Assembly (NCBI GenBank): GCA_965240325.2 | Contig: OZ251239.1 | Span: 1,178,001 to 1,242,000 of the forward strand | Origin: Rebecca billardiae RCC1528 | Taxonomy: Eukaryota > Protista > Haptophyta | Reading direction: 5' to 3' | DNA length: 64,000 nt | Shown here: piece after piece, positions 9,486-21,300 of the stretch | Numbering within the stretch: position 1 is the stretch's first letter | Layout: every line of letters starts with the position of its first letter | Notes under the pieces: model-generated | What the model was told of the DNA's origin: nothing | The model's database searches: none | Seen by the model: only the letters and a program-made list of their open reading frames with translations | Translations under genes and position numbers: made by a program

Positions 9486-12227
9486 ATGGCACAGGTGACT
9501 GCAGCGGCAACGGCGGCGGCGAGCGAGCCGGCGTCGCCGACGACGCCGGCGTCGCCGCGGGAGGGCGCGCGCGCGCGCAGGCGCGTGCACACCTGCTCGC
9601 GCGTCCGCCGCGTCCTCCGCACGGACGAGCCCGCCGGCGCATCCGACACGCCGCCCAGCGCCGCCTGCGGCGCGGCGGCCGCGCCGCATGCGACGATGCT
9701 TGCGCGCGGCTGGCGCGCGTGGGTGGCGGGGCTGCGCGCCGACGCGCGCGTGCCACCGGAGGCGCGCTGGTGGTCCCACGACGGCGCCTTCACCCGCGCC
9801 GCCGCCCGCCGACGAGTGCGCCGCGACCATTCTGCGTGCGTGCGCGCGTGGGCGGCGCGCGCTGATCGCGCTCGCGCGGCGCTTGCCGCAGCCGCTCGTG
9901 CGCACGGCGCGTGGCGTGGGCGGCAGGCGAGGCGCGCGCTGGCGCGGCTCGTGGCGTACGCACGCGCCCTCCGCGCGCGAGCACGCCGCGCCGCGCTCGG
10001 CAACGCGTGCCGAGCGTGGCGCGCGCGCGCGGCCGCTGCCCCCGCGATGGCGCTCCGCTGGCCGACAGCGGCGGCGGCATCGGCGGCCGCGGCGCGGCCG
10101 CGCCTCGCCGGTGCCGTGCGGCGCTGGGCGCGCGCGCGCGAGCTTGCCGCAACTGCCCGCCTCCACGCGCGCGCGCGCGCGCTGCGCGCGCTGCGCGCGG
10201 CGACGGACCGCGCGCGCGCGCCGGCGCCGCTCGGGCCGGCCGCGGCCGCGGCCGGCGCAGCCGCGGCCACGCGGCGAGCGCGGCGCGCGCGGCGCGCGCT
10301 GGCGGCGTGGCACGGCGCGGCTGCAGCGCGGCGCGCGCGGGACACCGCGGGGCGCGGCGTGCGCGCGCGTGTCGCGCTGGGCGCATGGCGCCGCCGCGCA
10401 CGCGCCACGCTGCCGCCGCCGCCCCGCATGACCGCCGCTGTCGCGGCCGCGGCCGCGGCCGCGGCCGCGGCCGCGCGCGCGCCGGCGCGCGCGCGCGCGC
10501 CGCGCGCGCCGCTGCGCCGCCTGGCGCCCGGCAGCGCGGCCGCCGTGCGCGCGCGCGGTGCGCTGGGCACGTGGTGCGCAATGGCGCTGGGCGCGGCCGC
10601 GTTCGCCGCGCGCGCGCACGCGGCCACGTGCGCGCTGGCGCGGCGGCGCGCGCGCGCCGCGCGTGCCGCGTGGCGGGCGCGCGCGGGCGCGCGCGCGGCT
10701 GCGGCGGCGCGCGCCGCGCGCGCCGCGGCGACGCACAGCGAGCGCGCGCGCCGCCGCGCCCTCGCGGCGGCGGCGGCGCACGCGCGTGCGCGTGGCGAGC
10801 GCGGCGTCGAAGCGGCCGCGGCCGCGCGCGCGCTCGTGCGCGCGGGCATGCGGCGCTGGTCGCAGGGCGCAGAGGCAAGCACCACGGCGGCAGCGCGCGC
10901 GGCGCCGGCGGCGCGGCGCGCGGCGCGCCATGCCGCGCGCGCGCGCGTGCGCGCGTGGTGCCGCCATCGCGCGACGCGCCGCGCCGCAGCGCTCGCTGCG
11001 CACGTGGCCGCGCAGGGTCGACTGACGTCCGCCGCGCGCCGCTGGTGCCGCCGCGCCGCCGCGCGCGCCGCCGCGCGCGCCGCCGCCGCGCGCGCGGCCG
11101 AGGTCGCCGCCACGGCCGCGGCGCTGCGCGCGTGGCGCGCGCACGGCGCACGGCGCGCGGCGGCGCGCCGCGTCGGCGCTCTGGCCGTGGCGGCGCGGCA
11201 GCGCATCGCGCTGCAGCGAGCCGCATCGGCCGTCCTCGCCACGCGTGCCGCCACCGCCGCGCACGCCGCCGCTGTGCGCCGCTGGCCCGTGCTGCGCGGC
11301 CAGGCGCGGCGCGCGCTGCGCGCGTGGGCGCGCGCGGCCGCGCCGCGCGCCGAGCGCGCGCGCGCCGCGGCCGCGCTGCGTGGCGCGCGCGCCATGCGCG
11401 CGTGGCGGGTGGCGGCGTGCGCGCGCGCGATCGTCGCACGCGCGCGCGCACGCGCGCGTGCGCAGCGCACGGCGCGCGCGCTTTGGCGCTTGGCGCGCGC
11501 GGCGGACGCGCACGCACTCGCCGCCGCCGTCGGCCGCGCCGGCACGCGCGCGCGCCGCAGCGCCGCGCTGTGCGCGGCGCGGCGCGCCGCGGGCGCCGCG
11601 GCCGCGGCCGCGCGCGCGGCGCGGCTGCGCCTGCTGCGCGCCGCGGCGCACGTTGCGAGCGTGCGCGCGCGTCGGCTCCGCGCGCGCGTGCGCGCGTGGG
11701 CGCGCGCCGCTCGCGCGCGCCGTGTGACGCTCGAGCGCGCGGCGGCGGCGGCGCGCGGTGCGGTGGCGGCCTGGCGCGCGCGCGCGCGCGCGCTCGGCGC
11801 GCTCGCTGCCGCCAGCGCGCGCGCGCACCGCGCGCGCGCGGCGTCCGGGCTGCGGGCACTTGGCATGGCCGCGGCGCGCGCGGCGCTTTCGCAGCGCCTG
11901 CTCGGCGTGCACGTCGCGAGGCTCGCGCGCGAGCGCGCGCACGTGCGGCAGGCGGTGCGCGCGTGGCGCGATCACCACACGCCGCCACCGCTCCTCCCCG
12001 CAGCGGCAGCAGCGGCAGCAGCAGTGCCGCCCGGCGCGCGCGACGACACCCGCGCAGCCGTGTGCGCGGCGCGTCGCGTGTCGCAGCGCCGGTCGCCGAC
12101 GGCCACCCGTCGGCGGCCCCCGGCGGCGCAGCAGCAGCACGCGGGCCCGTCGTCGCGCGCCGAGTCCCGGGGCCGAGCAGGCGGCGCGGCGCGCAGCAGC
12201 GCCACAGCGGGCGTTCGCGGGCCCTGA
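9486..12227 (+). CDS. Sfi1-like Ala/Arg-rich protein with periodic Trp repeats (putative centrin-binding)
   Basis: Many regularly spaced ..AL.AWR.. motifs (LARGWRAW, VRAWAAR, CRAWRAR, VRRWAR, LAAWHG, LGAWRR, LRAWRA, VAAWRAR). Retained Trp periodicity in GC-biased sequence indicates the true frame. Confidence 0.6.
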   Translation: MAQVTAAATAAASEPASPTTPASPREGARARRRVHTCSRVRRVLRTDEPAGASDTPPSAACGAAAAPHATMLARGWRAWVAGLRADARVPPEARWWSHDGAFTRAAARRRVRRDHSACVRAWAARADRARAALAAAARAHGAWRGRQARRALARLVAYARALRARARRAALGNACRAWRARAAAAPAMALRWPTAAAASAAAARPRLAGAVRRWARARELAATARLHARARALRALRAATDRARAPAPLGPAAAAAGAAAATRRARRARRALAAWHGAAAARRARDTAGRGVRARVALGAWRRRARATLPPPPRMTAAVAAAAAAAAAAARAPARARAPRAPLRRLAPGSAAAVRARGALGTWCAMALGAAAFAARAHAATCALARRRARAARAAWRARAGARAAAAARAARAAATHSERARRRALAAAAAHARARGERGVEAAAAARALVRAGMRRWSQGAEASTTAAARAAPAARRAARHAARARVRAWCRHRATRRAAALAAHVAAQGRLTSAARRWCRRAAARAAARAAAARAAEVAATAAALRAWRAHGARRAAARRVGALAVAARQRIALQRAASAVLATRAATAAHAAAVRRWPVLRGQARRALRAWARAAAPRAERARAAAALRGARAMRAWRVAACARAIVARARARARAQRTARALWRLARAADAHALAAAVGRAGTRARRSAALCAARRAAGAAAAAARAARLRLLRAAAHVASVRARRLRARVRAWARAARARRVTLERAAAAARGAVAAWRARARALGALAAASARAHRARAASGLRALGMAAARAALSQRLLGVHVARLARERAHVRQAVRAWRDHHTPPPLLPAAAAAAAAVPPGARDDTRAAVCAARRVSQRRSPTATRRRPPAAQQQHAGPSSRAESRGRAGGAARSSATAGVRGP

Positions 12228-12401
12228 CCCCGCGGCCCGCAGTCAGACTCAGTGACGACCGAGCGAGGTCGGCGGTTTTACTCACTGGTAAATATATCAT
12301 TGTCATCTAGTTCATCATCTGACTGATGATGATATGCGACGACGACTACGTATGACGCCGACGCAGCGCTGCTGCGCGCTGCCGTGGTCGGATGACAGTG
12401 G

Positions 12402-14351
12402 TAGCCTGGTCCAAACGCACTGGAGCACTTTCGGGGATTTTATCGCCAAATGAATGCGGGCCCCTAGGCGCGCGCTCACACCCGGAAACAGCGTAGCAAA
12501 TGGGCCCAGCCCGGGCGGAGCAAAAGTTTCGGCCTAAAAATCGCATCCGCGGCCCGTCGTGAGCGTGCGCGCGCGCGCCGCGGACAACTACGGACCATTT
12601 ACTACGGACACATAGAGAATCGTCAGTCTGAATGTGGGTAAGTACTTAGCCGAAATGAGCCCAAACGCACGAACTTACTTATTGGCGTACGTCGAGGCGA
12701 ACATGAACCTTGGTACAGGCCATTAGGATGGGCTCTGGTCTGTGCGCAAGTGGCCGTACTCAACTACTGCAAGATTGACTATATTACCCATTTGTACCCG
12801 CATAATATGGGAAATTTACCCGCATAAATATGCGTTCTGAGTCTGTGTAATTAAATGCCAGTATGTCGTTACATATTCGCCATAGGTGGGTAGCTGTCCC
12901 AGGCTGCACGATTAGTGCGGCGCTCGGGGTGCAGTGGTCGGACGAGGCTCCGCCTGGCCTTCCGCGCACTCCTGCAGACAAGAAGAGGGCCGGACTCCCA
13001 CCCGGCCAGGCGTGCGACAGTCGGTCAGGTGCTGGACCTGGTCTGGAGACCATCTCCTGCGTGGCGACTGGCCGATGTGCGGCACAACGCGCGCCGCCGT
13101 GAGCCACACGGCAGGTTCGCAACGGATCCGGATCGCGTGTCCATGGCGGCGTGCATCGAGTCATTCAAGCTGTCAAGTCGCGTGCCACGCCCGCCCTTTC
13201 ACTTGGGGCATCCGTACTGCCTACAACGACGACATGTGCGTCCTTAGACGAGGCATAATCGCGGTTCTAGCTGCTCGTCCAAGGGTCAGATCGCACGTCC
13301 TTGCTCGCCCGACAGCCTCAACGGCGGACTGATGTGATCCGCGGGTGACGATGCGACCGCTTCGAGTGCGCCTACGGCCACCACCGGGGTGGGGATCGTT
13401 CATGGGCACCCTCCGCGTGCCATGACATGCTCTGGCCGTGCGTGGTGACTTGACCCACCGCACGTAAACGGGGAAGACACCCGAGCACGTGCTTCCGAGC
13501 CACCCGAATGGCACAATGTGCCACCCATGGACACCAAACACGTGCCAAAGCGCGAGCCTTGCGTGCTGGAGTAGCCGCACGACACCAAGGAAGACGTACG
13601 AGCGCTCTCAACCATCTTCAAGCGACGACTCCGTCGACTCTGCCTCGCAGACCGCGGTACGATCCTCGACCTTGTGCTCGCAGCAAAGGCCACGACGGTA
13701 AAGCAGCACCCAGGGGATGGGAGTCAGCCGGCAGCCACTACAATGTAACTGTACATACCCAGCCCCGCAAGGCGAGCCGTCCTGATCGCCCCCAGCCCGT
13801 CATACAGCTCCACGAGAAGCACAAATCGACTGCCGCCGCCTTGGGCGACCCATGCGCAAACGTGACGGGACTGGCCGGATGAAGCGTTGGCGATGCGCAG
13901 CGCGCCCAACGCTGGTGGTGGCATCGAGTACATGCTAGGGGTAGGCGGTGCCCCATGCGAGCCGTCGCGTGCCGCGCATATTCCCGGAGGTGCCCCTTCT
14001 CGAAGGCGCAGCGCAACCCAGCAGCTGAGCGTTCGACGCGCGCCGTCGGGCGAGAAGTCGACCTGGCGACGGACCGCGGGCGGCGGAAGCAACGCAGACA
14101 TGTCGCTTAAGGTGTGCACGCACACCGCCGGGGCACCCGAACGATGTGTCCAGCACTACACCTGACATGAGGCGGCGCAGTCGTCCAGTCGAGGCTCTCG
14201 AGCCCCTTCCGACCTCGTCGCGGCGAGCCGTCGGACGGCCGGTGGCGATTTTTGACGAGCGCGACGAGCGACGAGAAAAATCGGGAGAAATGAGGCGCCC
14301 AAAATCCGAAAAAGGCTTTTTCAGTGGCGAAAATCGGGATGGACCAGGCTA
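12402..14351. mobile_element. Non-autonomous TIR transposon, TAG...CTA ends, 12-bp TIR, 7-bp TSD
   Basis: TAGCCTGGTCCA (12402-12413) and TGGACCAGGCTA (14340-14351). ACAGTGG is directly repeated at 12395-12401 and 14352-14358. Confidence 0.85.
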
Positions 14352-14413
14352 ACAGTGGCGCCAGTGACGACCGTGACACCGCCGTCACCGGTGAGTATAC
14401 GTCGTCGTATATC

Positions 14414-14469
14414 TATATATATAATAACTCATATCATATATATATATATACTACTATATATATATACAC

Positions 14470-14546
<77 letters not shown>
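14414..14546. repeat. (TA)n microsatellite, interrupted 5' part, pure from 14473
   Basis: Direct reading. Confidence 0.97.
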
Positions 14547-14551
<5 letters not shown>

Positions 14552-14881
14552 TGTTCGGACTCGGAGGCGACGGCCACGGCGGCACGGACCACGTCCATCG
14601 ATCATGCCATCGTGACGGACTGACACGGTGAGTCAGTGAGACAGTGACGACGACGCAACGCCGATCTGAGTAGACGACTCGCCACTCGGCCTCGGGCGCC
14701 CGGATGCCGCGGATCGGAATTCGGTCCCGCTGTCCGAGTGCCGTGCCACGATGCCCGGCCGGATAGCTACGGGCCGGATACGCCGTGCTGGCCCGTGCTC
14801 ACTCGGTCTCGCAGGGTCGTAGTGACTCGGCTCGCGTCTGGCGGCCTCGCCCCCGCGCTCCGCGGGCTCAGCTGCTCCGTG

Positions 14882-17271
14882 TAGGGGGTCCATGACAGCA
14901 GCCCACTGATTTGTGATTTTCGACAACCATGCGATTTAGGTGTCTGACGAGCGAGGCGCTTGCGAAGGCACCCACAAATATGTCCCGGAACCCAGCCCAG
15001 CCGTCAGAAGCACGCAAAACCGACTCCGCGTGCCGTCGCGCGGTCGTGCGCGCGCGCCAGCTGCGCCACTGTGTCACATACAGATTCAGCCAAACGTCAA
15101 CGACTTGTTATGGCGGCTACATGACGGTATATCGCCGAATAACTTACTTATTCATAACCGTTGCAACCCGCCCAAATAAAATTACGGCGGAATTGCTGAT
15201 TTTTAGAAGGCACGATGAGTGCGCGTAGAGGGCGAGGAAAAACTACTCCAAGATCGAGCATGTTACCCATTTAATTAGAGACACGTACCCGTATATATGC
15301 GCATATCTACCCGCTTATTATATAATGCGGGTGTGTTTTAAATATATATTCAGGGTGCTGTCAATATGAGGGTACCTTGTTCACTATTCGTGCTGGGTCA
15401 TCCGAATAGGCCGCGCCGCCGCGCGGAGACGGCGGGCTCATGCCACTCGAACCGTGCCGCAGCAGGCCCGGACGGACCTGATGCGGGCGGCGGGCTGCGT
15501 GCCGGAGCACACTACCAAGCCCACCTCTGAGCATGCCACCATCCCCATAGTCGTGAGAGAGTCCTCCGCCATCGAGGCTTGCGTGCGCAGACTAGCAGTC
15601 GCCGCCGCCGAGCTTGCCGCGGTCCGTTCGGCGACTTCCGTGCCCGTGCTCTGTGTCACCGGCGTCGTCGCCGTTCGTCGTACCCTAGCCCACGCGAGGG
15701 CGTCACCGGTCCACCAGTACTGCGGCGGACTGCGCGCGCTTCGCCGCGCGCTCGCCCTCGAGCTCCGCCGCTCTCCTCTCGCGCTCGAACTCGGCGCAGT
15801 CGGCAGCCATGGCAGCCCGCTCGGCCGCAGCTCGATCTGTGCCCCCGCTCGGTTGCGTTGGCGCGCAAGCTGGCGCGCGCAGCGTCGGCGACGGCGCGCG
15901 CGATCGCCTTGCGCGACGAGTTCAGCTCCACCTGCTGCTCCGTCAGGCGCACCTGCTGCTCCAAGATGATCGCGTGCTCAGCAGGAGTCACGCGCTGCTC
16001 GTGCAGCTGCACCTGCACGCGGCCTGCTGCGGACGCGCGCGGCGCGCTGGCGTCGGGGGGCGAGTAGAGGTCGCGGAAGGGGCAGCTGTCGTCGCCGGCG
16101 CCCAGCGACGTGTCGTCGACATCCAGCTCCGCCTTCCTCTCCGCCGCCGACGCGCCCTGCTTCCGGCTCAGGATGCGCTCCATGTCCTCGTGCTTGCCCT
16201 TCCACCACCTGTGCACGGTCATCAGCCAGATGCCGATCACCTCGAGCCGCGGCGAGTCGTGGCGCAACGAGATGCCGAGCGCATCCACGCAGACGAGCGT
16301 GAGCGCCTTGGGCTTCTTCGTCCGACCGTCGCGCGCGGTCTGGGCGCACGCAGGGGTGAACACTCTGACCAACGGCTTGTGCTTCTTCGAGTTCTCAAGC
16401 ATGAGCTCCACGAGACCACGAGCGTGCGGAGGAGGTCAAGGAGCATGAAGTCGAGCACCGATGCGTACCGCGGGCGAGTGCCGGCCACGCGCCAGCTGGT
16501 CGAGGGCTGTAGCACGTGGATGGCGCGCGCCGCCACCGCCGTCTCCTCGAGCTGCTGCGCGCTGACGTTGACGTCAGGCCGTAGCTCGGGCCTGCACGGT
16601 TGCTCACAGTCGAGGCCGTCCGCGGAGGAGGCGAGCCCCTCGGCGGTGCCGGCAGGGACCTCGGGCGGGTCGCACACACCCATGGGCACGCGTGCATCAT
16701 CATCTGCCGCGCCCTGGACCTCGTCATGCCCGGCACAGCGGTCCGCAAGTTGGTCGGCGGCAGCTGGCCCTTGCGGCAGAGGCGTCGCGGGCACGTCCGA
16801 GGGCGAGATGGCAGCGACGGGTGGGGAAGGAGACAGTGTCCAGTCGTTGTCGATGCCCATCCCACCATATTGCGCATGTTCGTCTCCGTATTGCTCTCCT
16901 GCACGTGCTCCTAGGACGCGCTCCTTGGTCGCGAGCAGCACACGTCGAGCACGCAGATTCAAATGATGAAGCACGAGCGTCGTTTGGCCAGCGACTCCCA
17001 GCGAGAGCCCGGTCCACACGAACCGTGGCTACGTGTCCGTGTCCACCGAGTCGCTCGGCGAGGCGCCTGCGCCGATGTGGGCGCGCCCAATGGCGAGCGG
17101 ACGGCCGTCGACGAGGGCCATCAGCCTTGCCGACCCCGTTCAGAGCTCCGCTCCCGCGCCGGGCCGAGCCGAGCGCGGATTTGGAATCTGCCATCGCGAA
17201 AACACGCCGAACAAGTTCTGAAAAGGAAAAGAAAAGAAATCAAAACTTGATTTAATCAGATGGACCCCCTA
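14882..17271. mobile_element. Non-autonomous TIR transposon, TAG...CTA ends, 12-bp TIR, 7-bp TSD, with a minus-strand cargo gene
   Basis: TAGGGGGTCCAT (14882-14893) and ATGGACCCCCTA (17260-17271). CTCCGTG is repeated at 14875-14881 and 17272-17278. Confidence 0.88.
15656..16411 (-). CDS. Exon or ORF of an unknown cargo protein inside the 14882-17271 element
   Basis: Protein-like stretch ELMLENSKKHKPLVRVF...LTLVCVDALGISLRHDSPRLEVIGIWLMTVHRWWKGKHEDMERILSRKQ followed by a Q/E-rich helix. No family recognised; gene limits uncertain. Confidence 0.4.
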   Translation of the reverse strand: MELMLENSKKHKPLVRVFTPACAQTARDGRTKKPKALTLVCVDALGISLRHDSPRLEVIGIWLMTVHRWWKGKHEDMERILSRKQGASAAERKAELDVDDTSLGAGDDSCPFRDLYSPPDASAPRASAAGRVQVQLHEQRVTPAEHAIILEQQVRLTEQQVELNSSRKAIARAVADAARASLRANATERGHRSSCGRAGCHGCRLRRVRAREESGGARGRARGEARAVRRSTGGPVTPSRGLGYDERRRRR

Positions 17272-18308
17272 CTCCGTGTGCTTCACCGACGGTACTGTTT
17301 GAGCTAGCTAGTTAGTGGCAAGCAGTAGTGACGCGGCGGCCAGCGCGTGTCGTCGTCGGGGCCGCCGCGGAGTGCTGTCGCGGACAGCAGCGGCGGCGGT
17401 GCGCGCCGCCGCGGCGCCCCGCGCCGCGGCCCGCGCGGGCCCGCGCGGGCGCCGCTGCGGCCGCGTGCGGGAGGCCCCTACTAGCCCTCAGGCCAGCCAA
17501 GGCCCGCCGAGCCGGCCCGGCTGGCCGGCCGCGGGCCCGTACGCGCCCGCCGGCCGGCCGGGCGCCCGATATCAGCTAGTTGGCACGAAAGCTGCTGCGA
17601 AACAGGCGGCACACAGCTGAAAGCAGCGCAGCTGAAAATCGAGCTCGGCTGGCTCGCCAAGCAGCCGGTGCGGGTGGAAAGCCGAGATCGAATCTGACGA
17701 GGCGGTAGCTTCGGCGAGCCTCTTTGGCGAGCGGATACTGCAGCTTCGTCGCCTGGCTGTAGCAGATGAGTAGACGAAAGCCAATCGATGAGCTGGAATA
17801 TTGCTGGACGACGACCGCCGAGTTTGTAGTCATTGATGAATCAAAGCTGCTGCTTGTATGATGCTTGATGGCGGAGAATGGTGAGCGCTCTCCGTTGTCA
17901 GCATGATGGCGGCCGGATTATTTGTATTCGCCATGATGCTGTATGCGCGAACAGGTATAGCGCTTCACCAGCAGTGGGCCAGCTCGGCTGGAGGCGTAGG
18001 GTACCGAGGCAAGCGGCTGCAGCAAGCGCGTTCGAGGGTGCGTTATTGACCTCGATGAGAGCCAACTGGTTCGCCCTGTACCGGTACGACGCTAGCGGGC
18101 AAAGTCGATCGGCGGCGGGTGGTATGGCCACGTACTTCTCGCCAGCGGACACAATCGATTCAGTATTGTGCCAATAACACCACATATAGTAGTGATGTCA
18201 TCGTCGGCGGGGCCATCCACTACTCACACTCGGCCTCGTCAGTTACTCATGCACGTCCGTGCCGGCGCCGCGCCCGATCACGGATGATATCGGCGACGGT
18301 CCGCCGTT

Positions 18309-21300
18309 CTAGCCGCCCATCGCCACGGCGTTCATGCTCTGCGACTCCGCGTGCGCGCGCGCACTGGCGCGCCGGGCGCCGACGGCCGGCATCAGCTGCT
18401 GTCGCGGCTGGGCCGCGCGGTCGGCCTCTGGCCCGTCAGCGGCTACTGCTTCGCCCCCCGGCTGGAACTCGGCCTCGAGCAGAGACTCGAGCGGCTGCGC
18501 GAGCGCCGCCTCGCACTGCGCCACGTGCGAGATCTGATCTCGGCGCCCGGCGCGGTCGGCCGCGGCGCGGGAGAAACAGGGGCGGGGCGGAGCAGCGCAG
18601 GTCAGCAGACAGACAGACAGTCCTCAGCGCGGCGCGCGCGCGGGGCACCCCGTGCCGCGTGCGCGCGCGGCGCCAGTGTTACTGAGACGGCCGATGCGCG
18701 CGCAGACCTGCCCTGCCCGCCCTCCCCGCACGCCACGGCGCTCGCGCGCGCGCAGCCGTGCGGTCCGCGCTCTCGCCGCGCGCCGCGCGCGCCGCCGCCG
18801 CACCTTCCTCGACAGCCCCGCCGTGAGCGTGGCGGCAAAGTCAGCGAGGGCCTCGCGCCACTGCTCGATGGCGGGCTGCACGGCGGAGGTGACGTGGCGG
18901 TAGCGCTCCGGCCGGCCGGCGGCGTACGCCTTGAGCCGGCCCCACAGCTCGGGCTGCTCATCGTTGAGCACCTGCCCGCGCGCGCGCTCCAGCCGTGTGG
19001 CCTCCTCCAGCAGCGCGCGCGCCGCCTTCGCCCCGGCCGCCTCGGCGGCGACCCACTCGCCGACGGCGCGCACGCTCGCGAGCGTCTCGCGCGTGCGCGC
19101 CAGCTGCGCCGCCTGCGCCTCCGCTCGCGCCTCCTCGAGGTGATCGACCGAGGCGGCAGCGTACGGCCTCCCCGAGCCGCGCGCCGCGCCCTTCGCCAGC
19201 AGCATGCTTCGCACGACCTCGATCTCATCGCCGCGCTCCCGCTCCGCGTCGTCCAGCGCCGTGTGTCCCAGCCGGTCCTCAGCATTCACCTCGAGCGAGC
19301 GCTCGCCGAGCAGAAAGTGGCACGCCGAGACTGCGGCGTTGGACACGGCGAGGTGGAGCGGCGTGCGCCGCCCCGCGTCGTAAGAGTTGACCGTGATCCC
19401 GTGCTCCACCAGCCGGCGCAGCGTGGCCACGTCGTCTCTGGCCGCCGCGAGGTTGAGCGCGAACGCGCCGTCGAACGAGCCCATGTGCCCGCCGCTGCCG
19501 AGCAGCAGCCGCGAGACCTCGGCGCGCTCGCAGCGGAACGCGTCGTGCAACGGCGTGTGCCCGCGCCGGTCGGCGGCGTTGACGTCGGCGCGGTGCGCGA
19601 GCAGCAGCCGCACGTTCTCCGCGTGGCCCGCCGCCGCGGCCATGTGTAGCGCCGTGCGCGCGTCCGCGCTGGGCGCGTTCACGTCCGCGCCGAAGCGCAG
19701 CAGGTTTTCGAGCGTGTGCGCCGCGCCGCCGTCGGCCGCCGCGTCGCACAGCTCGTCCGCGAGCTCGGCGGAGCCGATCTCACCGCCCGCCTCGAGCAGC
19801 ATGCGCGCCGTGTCGTCGTGCCCGTGGCGCTGCGCATCGTGCAGCGGCGTGCGCCCGTGCCGGTCGAGCGCGTTCACGTCGGCGCCCATCGCGAGGAGCG
19901 TGCGCGCGACGGCGAGCTGGCCGTGCGCGGCCGCGACGTGCAGCGGTCGCCTGTCGTCGTAGTCGCCCCGGTTCACGTCCACGTTCTGCGCGCGGAGCAT
20001 GCGGTGCACCTTGGCCACGTTGCCCGCCGCGCACGCGCCGCACAGCTGCACGGTGTGCAGCCCGTTGCGCCGCTTCTTGGCATTCGAGACAATCTGAGAG
20101 AGCGCGCGCGCGGACGAGAGAGGTGGCGGCGGCGGCGGCGGCGGGCGCGCGGAGGGGGCCGGGGCAGGGTGGGTGGCATTTGCGTGCGCGCGCGGGAGCT
20201 GGTGTGAGCAAGGGCGGGCACGATGGCGGCGGCTGCACGCGCCGCGGCGGCGGCGCGCGCGCACCCGCTGGATCGCGTTGAACTCCTGCTCGACGAGCGC
20301 CGTCACGCGCGTGCCGTCGGACACGGCCGAGACGGCCGCCTCCGACTGCTTCGACGCCGAGCGCGCCGACAGCCGCGAGCGCCCCGAGCGCGAGGTGAGC
20401 GCGCCAGAGTGCCCCGCCATCGCGTTGTCCATGATCACGTCCTCCTGGTTGGGGAACGCCTTGAGCAGGATGCGGTACTTCTCCGCCTGCGCGGCGCGGC
20501 GCGGCATAGCACGACAGGGCGCGGCGCGCGAGCGAGGGCGCACGCCGCACGCACGCCGCACGCGTCACAGAGCAAGGCGCGCGCGGAGGCCGTGTGCACA
20601 GCGCGGCTCAGGTGGCGCCGCCGCGCGGAGCGAGCGCGCGCGGCGGGCGCGCGCGGCGGGCGCGCGCGGCGGTGACGGCGGCGGCGGCGCGCGCGCCCGC
20701 ACCGAGAGCACGAAGAGGTGGGTCTCGATCTCGGAGGTGGTGCGCGCCGTCTCGATTTGCCGCATCGCGAACACGAACGGCAGCTCACCCACCGTCTCCC
20801 CGGGTAGCACGGTGTCGGCGCCGTCCGCGTCGGCGCCACCATCCACATCCTCAAACACGTCGACCGCGCCCGACTCGACGAGCAGCAGCTCCTTGCACGG
20901 CTCGCCCGTGCGGAACAGCACCTGCTCCGGCTCGACGGTGCGCTCGCGCATCAGCGCGGAGAGCCTGTCGATGAAGCCGTCCGAGCAGCCGCGCAGCAGC
21001 GCGGTCGACGCGACGAGCGCGCGGTTGGTCGAGCGCGACACCTCGACCTGCAGCACGATCGGCAGCGCGTCGTAGATCGTGTCGTCGCGCACGGCGGAGA
21101 GCGAGGCGTCTCTCAGCCGCGCGTGGAAGAAGGAGCCGATCTGCGCCTTGAGCGCCGCGGGCACGCGCACGTGCGCGAGGAAAGCGTGCACGAGCTCGAG
21201 CTGCGCGCGCTTCTGCACGATCTCGTCGTCCTGCTTCATCACGAGCGCAGAGATCTGACCGACCACCCACGCGTAGATGGTGAGGTTGAGCGCGAGCAGC

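Larger units (their letters stand above)
14412..17579 (+). mobile_element. Putative non-autonomous Helitron-like element interrupted by the 14882-17271 insertion
   Basis: 5' A|TCTATATATATAATAA at 14411/14412. 3' hairpin GCGCCCG(17543-17549)...CGGGCGC(17559-17565), 10 nt, then CTAG|T (17576-17580). Pairing of the two ends is inferred. Confidence 0.4.

Noticed and set aside
12402-17271. Fanzor/TnpB or transposase ORF inside the TIR elements
   Set aside because: No RuvC, zinc-ribbon or DDE motifs recognised in the supplied translations; a decayed spliced gene cannot be excluded without a profile search.
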